From sequence record CP121101.1: a stretch of 64,000 nucleotides of DNA; one strand, 5' to 3'. The notes under the pieces were generated by a model. That model was not told the origin of the DNA and ran no database searches. It was given only the letters and a program-made list of their open reading frames with translations. The stretch comes from a plasmid. The translations under genes and the position numbers were made by a program. Shown one piece after another: positions 13,759 through 23,405 of this stretch; the stretch's first letter is position 1; each line of letters starts with the position of its first letter.

Positions 13759-14427
13759 CTATGCGCAGATCTTAACTGGGCGCGGCAACGGCTTACAGGC
13801 GATGATCGCGAGCTGCCATTCGTGGTGCTGGGGGCTACCCCATATCTTATCTGACAATGAAGCCAACTCAGCATCAGAACGGATCTGGTGCAGTTCGCCG
13901 GTCATCAGTTGATAGTGGTACACGTACAGCCGACGATAAAGCGCCTCGGACATTCTGGCCTTCCAGAAGTGCATACCTTCCCCAGTCTGCATGTTATCAC
14001 TCAGGATCACATCATAACGGGCCAGTATATAGCCGAAGAATACCGCAGACGGCAGATCTCGAAGTACAGCCTTGTGGTGCTGATTGAACGAACGCCAAAC
14101 CCGTTGCTGGGTGGCCGGGCGACATTTCAGATCTTCATAGTGAACGATGATCACCTGGTTGTAATAGGCGACCTCAGCCGTATGGTCATTGACCAAGGCG
14201 ATCTCGAATTTGTCGCCACCGAGTCGAGTAGTCACACAGACGAGGCGGTAGCCGGGCGGTAGAGCGATTCCCAACTCCGGCGCAATCTCCTGGATGTGCT
14301 CATGCCCCACCAGAGCTTGATACATCGCCCCGTTGGTTGCGGTCACTTCCAGGTCACGGAATGTTTCTGTGACCTTGTTTGCATCGATAATGAGTTGCGG
14401 CATAGCGTCTCGTAGTTGATTGCTCAT
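13759..14427 (-). CDS. hypothetical protein, 222 aa
   Basis: clean ORF bounded by two similar GC hairpins; no family recognised. Confidence 0.55.
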   Translation of the reverse strand: MSNQLRDAMPQLIIDANKVTETFRDLEVTATNGAMYQALVGHEHIQEIAPELGIALPPGYRLVCVTTRLGGDKFEIALVNDHTAEVAYYNQVIIVHYEDLKCRPATQQRVWRSFNQHHKAVLRDLPSAVFFGYILARYDVILSDNMQTGEGMHFWKARMSEALYRRLYVYHYQLMTGELHQIRSDAELASLSDKIWGSPQHHEWQLAIIACKPLPRPVKICA

Positions 14428-14484
14428 ATTTGATTCATGCCTACTCTAACACTCTGGGGCGGGTGACTTCCATAATAATAGACA

Positions 14485-14504
14485 AAGCCCCGCAACGCGG
14501 GGCA
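14485..14504 (-). terminator. terminator-like hairpin (gccccgc-aac-gcggggc) 3' of ORF 14535-14927
   Basis: same stem sequence as the hairpins at 13721 and 61630. Confidence 0.45.
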
Positions 14505-14534
14505 GGACAACCAAAACGAACTGTGTCAGGCAAA

Positions 14535-14927
14535 TCACCGACTGATTTTATCCCGAGGCCTCATGCATTTGAGCCAAAGGCAATAGCAAGCGACTAGGGA
14601 ACCCAGGCAGTAGAGAATGAACGGCAGCACCATCCGATATGAGAAGGGGCTAGGAACCATGCTCGTCGGCGGAATTGACATTATCTTGAAGCTCTTGAAT
14701 TTCGTAGATTTTCCGTCTGCATCAGTCAGATTATAAGTCCCTTCCCAATCAATAGAGAGGTCACCTGCAAGAGTTCTATCATTCGGAAGCACGACTTCCA
14801 CATTGTGGCGAACAAAGCCAACCGATTGCCATTTCATCCCTAAGTGGATGACCCCTATCGCCATCCATAGCCAACACCCACCGGCCAACAAAATCACTGG
14901 CACATACCGAACTTGACTCAATTGCAT
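14535..14927 (-). CDS. hypothetical membrane protein, 130 aa (N- and C-terminal hydrophobic segments)
   Basis: ORF with TM-like segments VPVILLAGGCWLWMAIGVIHL and VLPFILYCLGSLVACYCLWL. Confidence 0.5.
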   Translation of the reverse strand: MQLSQVRYVPVILLAGGCWLWMAIGVIHLGMKWQSVGFVRHNVEVVLPNDRTLAGDLSIDWEGTYNLTDADGKSTKFKSFKIMSIPPTSMVPSPFSYRMVLPFILYCLGSLVACYCLWLKCMRPRDKISR

Positions 14928-14998
14928 CTCTCCTAGAACACTAGAAATGTAACGTGGTAGCGATTGACTAGCAAACCACTGAAAATGTTTTTTTGGCT

Positions 14999-16401
14999 CT
15001 AAAGCTTCATTACCTTTTTCCTACGGCTTCCCGCCGCCGCCCGGTTCCAGTCATCCCGCTTATTGCTCTCAATTGATTCCCTTCCTGCTTCCCACGTTCC
15101 GCTGAAAAAATTGGCATCATCTGTTCTACCAACAGCGATTAAGGGGGTTACCAATCGTGAGAAATACACCCTCTTGTGAATCTGAGCCGCAACTTCAAGC
15201 GGCGATCGAGAAGAAGAGAGCATTTTTTTCAATCTGGCGATAGTGTCTGCGTTATCCCTATACCAGAAAGTGACACGAAGATGAGCCGGTTTAAGCGGTA
15301 TAGAGCGGAGAATCGTTTCAAATTCTGACTGTTTGCTTTTGCGTGGGTCATGGCTCGCGATTTGACGCAGCAGTGCGGCATCGGCATCACGCGCCACGAT
15401 TCAAACACCTTAGCTAGGCTGGTCAATTTGCGATCATCGCCCCCCTTGAGCAGGAGGCGAGCGCCGGCCGGTGACTTCTTGGCAGCCTTACGCAATCCTG
15501 ACATTATCCGCTCAACAGCATCCAGGTTGGCTGATAGCCACTCTTTAGGCTTGGTTCTGGCGGATGGACTCGTACTTGATGCCGTAAAACTGAGCCCTTG
15601 CAGTTCCTCCGCCACCTCAGTGCTATACGCCTTACCGCGACCCCGCTTTCTGGGCACATCGATTACTGGAAGTGTAAGGTCCGAATTTGCTACAGACCGA
15701 GCATCCCCGATTGAATGCGATTTAAAGTGAATTTCCGTTGAAAGTGTGAGTCGTTCATCACTTTCCTTTGACTTCACATTTCGATATTTAATATCGACAT
15801 CGATCAGTCCCGCACTCAGAAGTTCGTTAAGGGCCAATGAGAGTTGCCGGCGATCATTGTGGTTGTGCCGACCAGTCTCGCGTGGATGGATTTCACGCAG
15901 GAGCTCAAGAACCGTCATGGGCCGCAGATTCAGAAACACCCTGCGCCCCATTAGCTTGCCTGGCCTAGCTGCGATCCATAGAGCTAGCAGGCGAGCCATC
16001 TGAGAGTTCAACTGAATGACTGCACTTCGATTTATTGGGACGAGCTTTTTAGTGCTCAGATACAAGGTTCGCAGCTCTGGGGTCGGAGATATTTCGATGG
16101 TCCCATCAGGTTCCAACCTCAGAGTACCAACGATATTCGCAATCATGACCGATCTCTTTCGGCTAGTCTCATCCGCATCATCGAGCGTTGGGTAAAATAG
16201 AAGAGCAACGCTCTTTAGCCTTGCAAGCGAATCGACGATTTTTTTGTCCAACAGGTAATCTGACGGCCGCATATCCTCAGGAATCGGTGAGAAAAATCGC
16301 TCTATGGTCATACGAATTGGCTTGATGATGGCTTGCTCAAACCTCTCCTTTGACAGGCGCCCTAACCAATGAGTGATGCAGATATAAGAGACAAAATCCA
16401 T
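14999..16401 (-). CDS. putative plasmid replication initiator (Rep), ~465 aa, reconstructed across an apparent frameshift near 15380-15397
   Basis: two overlapping ORFs (15229-16401 and 14999-15397) in adjacent frames; basic, winged-helix-like protein immediately adjacent to an iteron array; exact family not recognised. Confidence 0.55.
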
Positions 16402-16972
16402 TTTGAGTGTTGAGGGTTGGCCCCCTCAGTGACATATAAGCGTGACCACTGCTAAGCGGAGTGGTCAGGTGGTAAATTCTATGCTCATCCAGTGCTGGTG
16501 GCGTCTTCCCGCTCGCAAGCACGCGGAACATCCCCGTTTTCAGGGTCATATCCAGGTGCAAATCAATGTTCTCAGGGGGAGGGCTGCGATCTGGGTACAA
16601 GGAGCGGGTTTGAACCCTATCGTACTCAACCAAGTAGTCCGTATCTTGTTCTATCACCACGGGAGCTCTTGTGTTAGCCACAGCAGTAGGTTCTGGGTGA
16701 TCCTTTTCTTCAGCTCCCCCTACATTGTGTTCATTGGCTTCATCCACCAGCAACGTCATTTTTTCCATTGCCGGCCAAATGATCTCTAGGGCTCGCTCTA
16801 CTGACAGCTCCGGTGCCGTCGACACAAAATTCAGCAGCATTGACACAGCCGACTTGTTAATTTTCGGTAAAAGTGGGGGCGCCATCACTTTGATGACGTC
16901 AGCACGAAATCCCTGTTTGGTTAAATACGCCTCTAAAATCGCATTCGCGCAGCTAATTTTATCAACGATCAT
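16337..16972 (-). CDS. 211-aa ORF upstream of rep; either the N-terminal portion of the same Rep gene (64-bp frame overlap at 16337-16401) or a separate replication-associated protein
   Basis: ORF ends where the rep ORF begins in another frame; its start faces the iterons. Confidence 0.45.
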   Translation of the reverse strand: MIVDKISCANAILEAYLTKQGFRADVIKVMAPPLLPKINKSAVSMLLNFVSTAPELSVERALEIIWPAMEKMTLLVDEANEHNVGGAEEKDHPEPTAVANTRAPVVIEQDTDYLVEYDRVQTRSLYPDRSPPPENIDLHLDMTLKTGMFRVLASGKTPPALDEHRIYHLTTPLSSGHAYMSLRGPTLNTQNGFCLLYLHHSLVRAPVKGEV

Positions 16973-17068
16973 GCGTCACCCCCCAACCTGTGCATATGCT
17001 GAATATAACCTGTTCAAAAGCTGTTTATAACCTGTTATCACCTGACAAAATAGTCTCGATAGAGACTC

Positions 17069-17222
17069 CGCGGCATAGTAGATAAGAGACCACGGCATAG
17101 TAGATAGCATATCACGGCATATAACATAGAGCATCACGGCATAGCATATAGAGCATCACGGCATAGTACATAGAGGAACGCGGCATATAACATAGCAGTG
17201 CACGGCATATTACATAAAACAG
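17069..17222. repeat. iteron array: 7 direct repeats with 22-bp periodicity, core CACGGCATA-N2-ACATAG
   Basis: copies at ~17070, 17091, 17113, 17135, 17157, 17179 and 17201. Confidence 0.8.
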
Positions 17223-17600
17223 AAAAAAGCCATATACATCACTAAGTTACAACCACCCCATCTTTAAAGATCTTTAACAGATCAAAGATATTAAAAGATC
17301 AGTAGATCAAGAGATCAAAAAAAAGAGATCAATGATCTATAATAAGTTGCAGTCGATCTCTTCTCGTTAGGATCCATTTTCGGATTCACAATCCGTTCGC
17401 AGCCCCTGAGCAAGCCTGATTTGAGCCCTAGACAGCTCTCAGATGGAAAGTAGACCCCGTGGCAATACGTTGGTATACCCCGGTGATGAGCGCCCTATAA
17501 ACCGCAATTCCAGCGATTTTATGACTGGGTGAATAACCGCTTAAAAACCGTCCCATCCTATCGGATCCAGACCATAGATCTACTGGATCCAACGTGGATC
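17223..17600. promoter_or_regulatory. putative oriV: AT-rich stretch with a cluster of GATC (Dam) sites (17260-17345) and four GGATCCA/TGGATCCA DnaA-box-like repeats (17368-17600)
   Basis: aagatctttaacagatcaaagatattaaaagatcagtagatcaagagatcaaaaaaaagagatcaatgatctat; ggatccattttc, tcggatccag, ctggatccaacgtggatccatttttt. Confidence 0.55.
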
Positions 17601-17850
17601 CATTTTTTAACAGGACCTCGTTTACCTCACACCATCAATAACCTACAGCTAATCGTTCAGTTCAAGCTTTTCGCTGTAGATCCAAGACACGTTGACCCCA
17701 TACTCTGAACTAGATCCTTAGCAGGGTATGCAAGGATCGATGATCTGAAGATAAAGCGACACAAACAGACGTCCTGAGTTTAAAACACGGTCTCATTCAG
17801 CATCTTCAAGATCCGATTGGGGTAACATATGCCTTTCGATTCGGAGGTAT

Positions 17851-19448
17851 TTGATGAGGACCTTAGCAAGGAAAGGCGATCCCACCAGCACTGGCGGTGC
17901 GATCCAAGACGGGGACAGCAGCTGGCTCAGCGAAGGCTCCCCAACCACCTATATCGGGATGATAGCGACCTGCCCAGCTTGCAAAGTCGGACAGGGCCCT
18001 ATCGTCGCCGTGGGCCCCCGCTCCATCATCGGCCCGGGCGGGCCGGTAGCACTGCAGGGCGATTATGTCGCTTGCGGCTGCCCGCCTATGAGCAACACCA
18101 TACTCCCCGCCCAGGGGACGACAGTCGGCGACAACAAAGGGCCTCGAGCGAAAGCAGCCAGCGCCCCAGCAGAACCACCAGCGCCAGCACCGGCCAGTTC
18201 GCCGGCGACCCCTCTTGTCCCGTTGGTTGACCCCGAGGAACACCGGATCGGCATCTTCTTCGATGGCACCCAGAACAACAGGCACAACAGCGAGCTCAGG
18301 GAGCAATGTGAAGAGGCAAGCGAGGCGGCCTGCAAATCCATAGAGAAGCTGATAGGCACTGAATCCTCATACGACGGCGGCCCAACCAACATGCCCCCGG
18401 CTGCATCAAGCCTATACCGGCCCAGCAATCTACATCGAGGGGATCGGCACTGCTGCCGGCAAGGCTGACACAAAGATCGACATGGCTTTCGGTACCGGTG
18501 CAACTGGCGTCATAGCCAGGTCAAAGGAAGGCCTGGCCAAGATCAGCACCATGATCGCCAGCCTACCCGCCGGCCCGGTAGCTGTGGATGTCTTCGGCTT
18601 TAGCCGGGGCGCTGCAGCTGCGCGACATTTCGTGAACATCCTTCTGGAATCGAACCTGGGGCGCCAGGTGCACGTCGCATTCGTTGGCCTCTTCGATACC
18701 GTAGCAGCCATAGGCCTGGACGCCAGCAATGACGAGAATGCGCCAGTTCGCCTCTACATTGCTCCCGGGGCCGCGGAGAAGGTTGTCCAGCTCGCCGCCA
18801 AGGACGAGTACCGGCTCAATTTTGCGCTTAACTCCGTACAGCCAGACCACACGGAACTCCCGCTATTCGGTACTCATAGCGACGTTGGCGGCGGGTATCT
18901 AGACCAAGTTGAGAAGACGCCAATCATGCGCCCCTATGATGCCATCCTGAAATTTGGTGATGACGCAGCCTATAAGAGATTCCAGGCTGCAGCCAACGCC
19001 AGGCTCCAGGAGGAAGCTATCCCTCTATACAAGGGATATGCGAAAGACAGCAGCCAAATAAAGCCGACCATCAGCTCTTTCTCCGTCGTATCCAAGAGCG
19101 ACGCGCCAATGGTGGGCTATGTGGCCAACGCGATCATGACGCGCACGGTCAAACCTGAACTGCAGCTGCTCGCCGGCCACCTTATGCAGACTATCGCGCA
19201 GGAAAGCGGAGCGCCGCTCACCCCCCTGTCTGAGCCGGTTCCCGGGGCGCTGGCCTTCTTGTTCGACAAGTACCTGGGCCTGTGGCATGGAAGCGGTGAC
19301 CTCAAACTGTCCAAGGAGCAAAACGAGATGCTGATGACGGAGTATGTTCACTGCTCCGATAACTGGACGCCGCTCGGCCCCCTCTACGTGAACGCCCCGC
19401 CCCTAGTAGGGTTCGTCGCGTCTACCAGCAAACACCAGGGAAGTGACC
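17851..19448 (+). CDS. T6SS specialised effector: N-terminal PAAR domain, Pro/Ala linker and DUF2235 (Tle1-family alpha/beta-hydrolase phospholipase) toxin domain. An apparent 1-bp insertion in a C5 run sits at ~18410. The 3' end is uncertain, as the reading frame continues into the downstream lipoprotein.
   Basis: ARKGDPTSTGGAIQDGD...ALQGDYVACGCPP (PAAR); GIFFDGTQNN, IYIEGIGTAAG, GFSRGAAAARHF (GxSxG) and GTHSDVGGGY are DUF2235 hallmarks. Confidence 0.75.
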
Positions 19449-19450
19449 TT

Positions 19451-19735
19451 ATGAAGCGAATAGTCAGTGTCCTAGCCCTCCCCCTCGCACTTGCAGCTTG
19501 TGGCGATACCCAGGAGAAGAAACAGCCCCGTAAGCCGCCAGAGGAGCGGGTGATCAGTGAGCCAGCTCATGGATTTGGCGTCCTTTTTGGCAAGCCAAAC
19601 CCCGATTACACACCGCCAGGGAGGCTAGTTGATAGCCCGGACTTTAAAGTGACTCTCCCAGAGGACCGCTGGGAAGAGGTCACTATCAGCAAAAAAGAGG
19701 GCAAGCCAAGCGCGGCGGCAGGTGTAGATAAGTGA
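19451..19735 (+). CDS. candidate immunity protein 1: small lipoprotein (MKRIVSVLALPLALAACGD lipobox), 94 aa, in-frame with the effector ORF as sequenced
   Basis: classic SPaseII signal peptide preceded by a GGGAAG Shine-Dalgarno sequence; HGFGVLFGKP motif shared with the next ORF. Confidence 0.5.
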   Translation: MKRIVSVLALPLALAACGDTQEKKQPRKPPEERVISEPAHGFGVLFGKPNPDYTPPGRLVDSPDFKVTLPEDRWEEVTISKKEGKPSAAAGVDK

Positions 19736-19974
19736 GAGCTCGCTGGGCTGTCACTCTCCTGGCGACAGTAGGGGTCTTGGCCATAGCCACCCTGTTTTAC
19801 ACTAGGTCAGATCTACCGAAGGCGGAAAGGCCAGGTATCACCTCCTCCAGTCATGGAGTGGGTGTCCTGTTAGGTTCGCCACAGTACCAGGTGAAAGGTG
19901 AGCTGGTGGAGGGGGGCTTTCTGGATAAGCAGCTGGACGAGAAGGGCAGTACGGAATTGGACGAATACCAGTGA
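19732..19974 (+). CDS. candidate immunity protein 2 (paralogue): 80-aa N-terminally membrane-anchored protein, GTG start overlapping the previous stop (GTGA)
   Basis: TM helix AVTLLATVGVLAIATLFY; motif SSHGVGVLLGSP parallels EPAHGFGVLFGKP in ORF 19451-19735. Confidence 0.5.
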   Translation: MRARWAVTLLATVGVLAIATLFYTRSDLPKAERPGITSSSHGVGVLLGSPQYQVKGELVEGGFLDKQLDEKGSTELDEYQ

Positions 19975-20003
19975 CACTAGGCCGGCCAGCTGCAATGATG
20001 AAC

Positions 20004-20022
20004 CAATCAATCAATCAATCAA
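20004..20022. repeat. tetranucleotide microsatellite (CAAT)4-5 immediately upstream of the RBS of ORF 20035-20409
   Basis: accaatcaatcaatcaatcaac. Confidence 0.8.
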
Positions 20023-20034
20023 CACGGAGGGCAA

Positions 20035-20409
20035 GTGATGTCCTTTACTGCGATCACCCTTGAGGCCGCCCTGGCCATTGAGCCGGCCAAGCTATCTGGC
20101 GTCATAGACGGGGTACCGGTCAACCCGGCCAAGCCACCAGCCAGAGACATCAAGCACGACGAGCGTGAGCCCGAAGAAATGATTCTGTGGTGGCGCCAAC
20201 CGTACCTGCAATGGAATAGCAATGGGCACTGGGATGTTAGATGCCTCGATGGCGGCGCATGGGATCGCCCCACGTTCATAGGTAACCATGAAGAGCTGGC
20301 CGGTGCCATAGAGCTGGCCAAGAAGCCTACCCGCGCCTATGCCATAGGGGAGCGGCAGGCCCTGGAGAGCGGCGAAGCCCTAATGAGATCGCTGGGGCTT
20401 GATGAATGA
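20035..20409 (+). CDS. hypothetical protein, 124 aa (GTG 20035 or ATG 20038; SD GGAGGG at 20026)
   Basis: ORF with good RBS; no family recognised. Confidence 0.55.
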   Translation: MMSFTAITLEAALAIEPAKLSGVIDGVPVNPAKPPARDIKHDEREPEEMILWWRQPYLQWNSNGHWDVRCLDGGAWDRPTFIGNHEELAGAIELAKKPTRAYAIGERQALESGEALMRSLGLDE

Positions 20410-20479
20410 GCCAAGGGCGCCACATAGGCGCCCTTGTTCTGAGATGAAAACAAGCAGTAAGCTTAACTTTGGTAGGGCA

Positions 20480-20716
20480 CTATAAGCTCAGAGCCCTGAC
20501 AATCGCCCGTTTCGCATCTGTCCTAGTAAGGGCCTTAATAGTATGTGTGGCCCTGCTCAGTCTTGGGGCTAGAGTGACGTGACAAAATGGAATGACGCCG
20601 GCTAGATCACTGGTCACCACATGGGATCCCGGAGTCCAGTAAAACTCGTCGCCCCTACACACCCAACAATGCCTCCCATCAAGCTCGCCGGTGTACTCTA
20701 AATCGGATTGCCTCAT
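20480..20716 (-). CDS. hypothetical small Cys-containing protein, 78 aa (weak call)
   Basis: ORF only. Confidence 0.25.
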   Translation of the reverse strand: MRQSDLEYTGELDGRHCWVCRGDEFYWTPGSHVVTSDLAGVIPFCHVTLAPRLSRATHTIKALTRTDAKRAIVRALSL

Positions 20717-20846
20717 AGTTACTCCAAACTCGCCTTTGGTTCCTGGTGGTTACCACTCCAGGATCAGAATATGGCCATGGATTCTCCATATGGCCGTGCT
20801 TGACGCCTGAGTTACCAATTAGCTCTGATTTTCATCATCCAACCCT

Positions 20847-21065
20847 TCAGCGGTATACCCAACCATGGAGTTTTGGTACCGAACCGCAGCTGTATGGATG
20901 GATACGGATTGAAGAGAATAGCCCCGCCGCAGCAACGACTGCAGACAGCCATGGGTCAGACCCCGTGTTAGCTAGACCAAGTACCAGAAGCATGATGCCA
21001 ATGCCGATCATGTGGCTGGCAGTTACAATGCCATGGGTTCGCAGTCTAGCAATCATTCTGTTCAT
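20847..21065 (-). CDS. small hydrophobic membrane protein, 72 aa
   Basis: two predicted TM segments (IGIGIMLLVLGLA, LSAVVAAAGLFSSI). Confidence 0.35.
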   Translation of the reverse strand: MNRMIARLRTHGIVTASHMIGIGIMLLVLGLANTGSDPWLSAVVAAAGLFSSIRIHPYSCGSVPKLHGWVYR

Positions 21066-21090
21066 TTGTGGCGTTCATTCCTCGTCGCAA

Positions 21091-21648
21091 TCAAGCGTTG
21101 AAGTGGTTCAGAAGCTGAAGGCGATCCATTAATCTCTGGGCATTTTTATCCTTGCTCCGAGAGGAATCATCCCGTGTTCGGTCGTTCTTATCAAAAAGCG
21201 CTCTCAAGCTAGCTATGCCTCTCAGGGAGGCTTCATATCGAGACCGGCTCATGATTTCCCTTACTTCTCGAATAACAACCTTACACTCGTGCTCATCCAG
21301 CCAGCCTATGCCCCGGCGAGTATATGGCAGGCTCAGAAGGTGCTGCATCCATGCATAGGCTTCGTGCTTATTCATTCTGCCGGAATCGATCAGGGTGTTG
21401 ATGCTGGTATGTGCCTCGCGCCTCGCCAATCGGGTTTCCCTGTTGGCAACAGAACCGATCGCGATGTCAGTTCCTTCTCGGCAGCTAACGTAGCTATCGC
21501 AGGCATCACGGTTGCAACGGTAGATCATCGCTTTAGCCGGCGCGGCAGGATACACCACCTGTTTTCTGACGAGCTCCAGAGGAGCGCCACAATAGCGGCA
21601 GTCCTTTGGATGAAAATGACTATTTGCTGTGTTGCGAGCCATATGCAC
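21091..21648 (-). CDS. zinc-ribbon domain protein, 185 aa (CxxC...CxxxC motifs), plasmid/ICE-associated hypothetical
   Basis: CRYCGAPL...YRCNRDACDSYVSCREGT cysteine pattern. Confidence 0.5.
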   Translation of the reverse strand: MHMARNTANSHFHPKDCRYCGAPLELVRKQVVYPAAPAKAMIYRCNRDACDSYVSCREGTDIAIGSVANRETRLARREAHTSINTLIDSGRMNKHEAYAWMQHLLSLPYTRRGIGWLDEHECKVVIREVREIMSRSRYEASLRGIASLRALFDKNDRTRDDSSRSKDKNAQRLMDRLQLLNHFNA

Positions 21649-21755
21649 AATCCTGATGAGAGGGTTGTAGCCATTGTCTCGTGGTACTCAGGAATGCAAG
21701 TTTGAGTTGCAGCCATGCCGGCTGTGAAAACCCTGCTAGGCCCGGGTAAGGGGTT

Positions 21756-22417
21756 CTACACCCGGGTGTGTAGTTGGGAGTGCAAAACGATCTCGGGTTT
21801 AGCCCAAAAATAACCTTGCTGCAGATTGAAGCCGAGCATTTGAGATGAGACAGCTTGGTTGTAGGTTTCGATGCGTTCAGCGATGATGGGGATCCCCCCT
21901 TCCTCATACAAGTATCAATCCCTTCCAGCATGCAGGAGGTGTAGCCGTTCGTCTGGCCACACTCAAACTTCACTATGTCCCATTCAAAATCATGCAGCCG
22001 TGTAAGCGTGGAGTATTTCGTGCCGAAATCATCCATGACAAGTTCGACACCCATCGATCTTAGGCTATCCCATCGTTTTTGGAGCGTAGAGGGGGTGACC
22101 TGCTCGGTGACTTCAACCAAGATGTTGTGCTTGCGGGCCAGCTTGAGGATCAGAGTGCGCCATTGATGGAATCGGCGCTCAACTGCCAAGGTATGCTCAC
22201 TCACATTGACCAGTAGGTTCAATTCCCCCTTAAGGAGCTGGTCCGCGAGATCGAGAACGGCCTTATCAATGTCGAACCAGGAGTGGTAATCGGAGGTTGG
22301 AGGGGAGAACCTTGATAGGCCACTATTTCTCGCAAGCAACTCATAGGCATGAATCACCTGTTTCTCTGTGTCGAACACTGGCTGCCTAGCAATGAGCATT
22401 AACTTTGGTCCCCTCAA
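21756..22417 (-). CDS. stand-alone EAL-domain protein (putative c-di-GMP phosphodiesterase), ~220 aa, reconstructed across a 1-bp indel in a G/C7 run at ~21902
   Basis: QPVFDTEKQVIHAYELLARN, LLVNVSEHTL, ELVMDDFGTKYSTL, DIVKFE, then in the other frame GGIPIIAERIETYNQAVSSQMLGFNLQQGYFWAKPEIV (EAL C-terminal motifs). Confidence 0.7.
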
Positions 22418-22605
22418 AAATTACCGCGAGAGAGTCTACCCCTCTGACGCCGAGTAAATCCTATGGTGAAATCGTGAGCTATTTCTGATGTGAGTTATCC
22501 ACAGAATTGCTGGATAAGTAGCCTGTGAACGTGTGGACAGTTCGCTGCAGCCATTGCTAGGACTGTGTTATTGGCAGCCCTTGGCTGCAGCGCATTTGAT
22601 TTGGG

Positions 22606-23405
22606 CTATCTAGCACCAGGGAAGCCGATCAGAGGCCAGGTCATGACATCAGCAAGCAGATCTTCGTATTCAGACAGTGCCGCCCGGCCGAGAGCTATCT
22701 GCAGCTTGATTAGGTTGGTAGCCAAAGCCGTGAAACCGACCGCCTCGGTACAACTGCTTTCGCCATTACGCGCCGCGGATAAAATGTCAAAGGAGTGATT
22801 AAACTCGGGCTGCCGGGCAGCGGCATGGATGGCATCGTAGATCAAAGCAAGCCGCGATATGGACTCAAAGGCCAGTTCCGGGAATGTATCCGGAGCTGAG
22901 CCCCCATCGTGTGGCCAAAAAATGGTGCAATGACGGATCCTGCCTGGCAGGACAAGTCACTCGAGATTTTCTCGATGCTTTCCAGCATTGAATTCAGAAA
23001 TTCCTGAGAATACCCGGCCCCCTGATCACCCAATTGCAGCAACACGTCGTTCTTAATTTGCTCCTCAATGGACATCAGGATCAGTTGATACGAGGCATGC
23101 ACTGCTCGTACACAAGCCGTCAATGGCTGGTGAGGAATGAGCTCCTTATGCCAGGTGGCCAGGGGATGGGACTTCAGTTCCGCATTGTCTGCGTCGGAGT
23201 AGGAGTAAGTTACGAGCGAACGGCCATCGAGGTATATGATGTTGTGCACCATGACTATAAAGCCGTTCTTCGTGAGCCACAGTGAACCGGCTCTGACCCT
23301 CGAGTCACCCTGGTCTGCGGTGTTGGGTCGTGTGTCTATTGCGGTCATTTTATTCCTCTCAACATTAGTGAATTGTAAGGCTGCGATGGTGCAGTTCGCG
23401 GGCAT
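22606..23405 (-). CDS. hypothetical protein, ~266 aa, reconstructed across an apparent frameshift near 22955 (T6/G5 runs)
   Basis: ORFs 22842-23405 and 22606-22845 join as ...AGSVIAPFF|WPHDGGSAPDTFPELAFESISRLALIYDAIHAAARQPEF... Confidence 0.45.

Noticed and set aside
17069-17222. Regularly spaced 22-bp repeats, considered as a possible CRISPR array
   Set aside because: The repeats are contiguous with no intervening spacers, are short and degenerate, and sit next to a Rep gene and an AT/GATC-rich stretch. They are iterons of a plasmid origin. No CRISPR array or cas genes are evident anywhere in the window.
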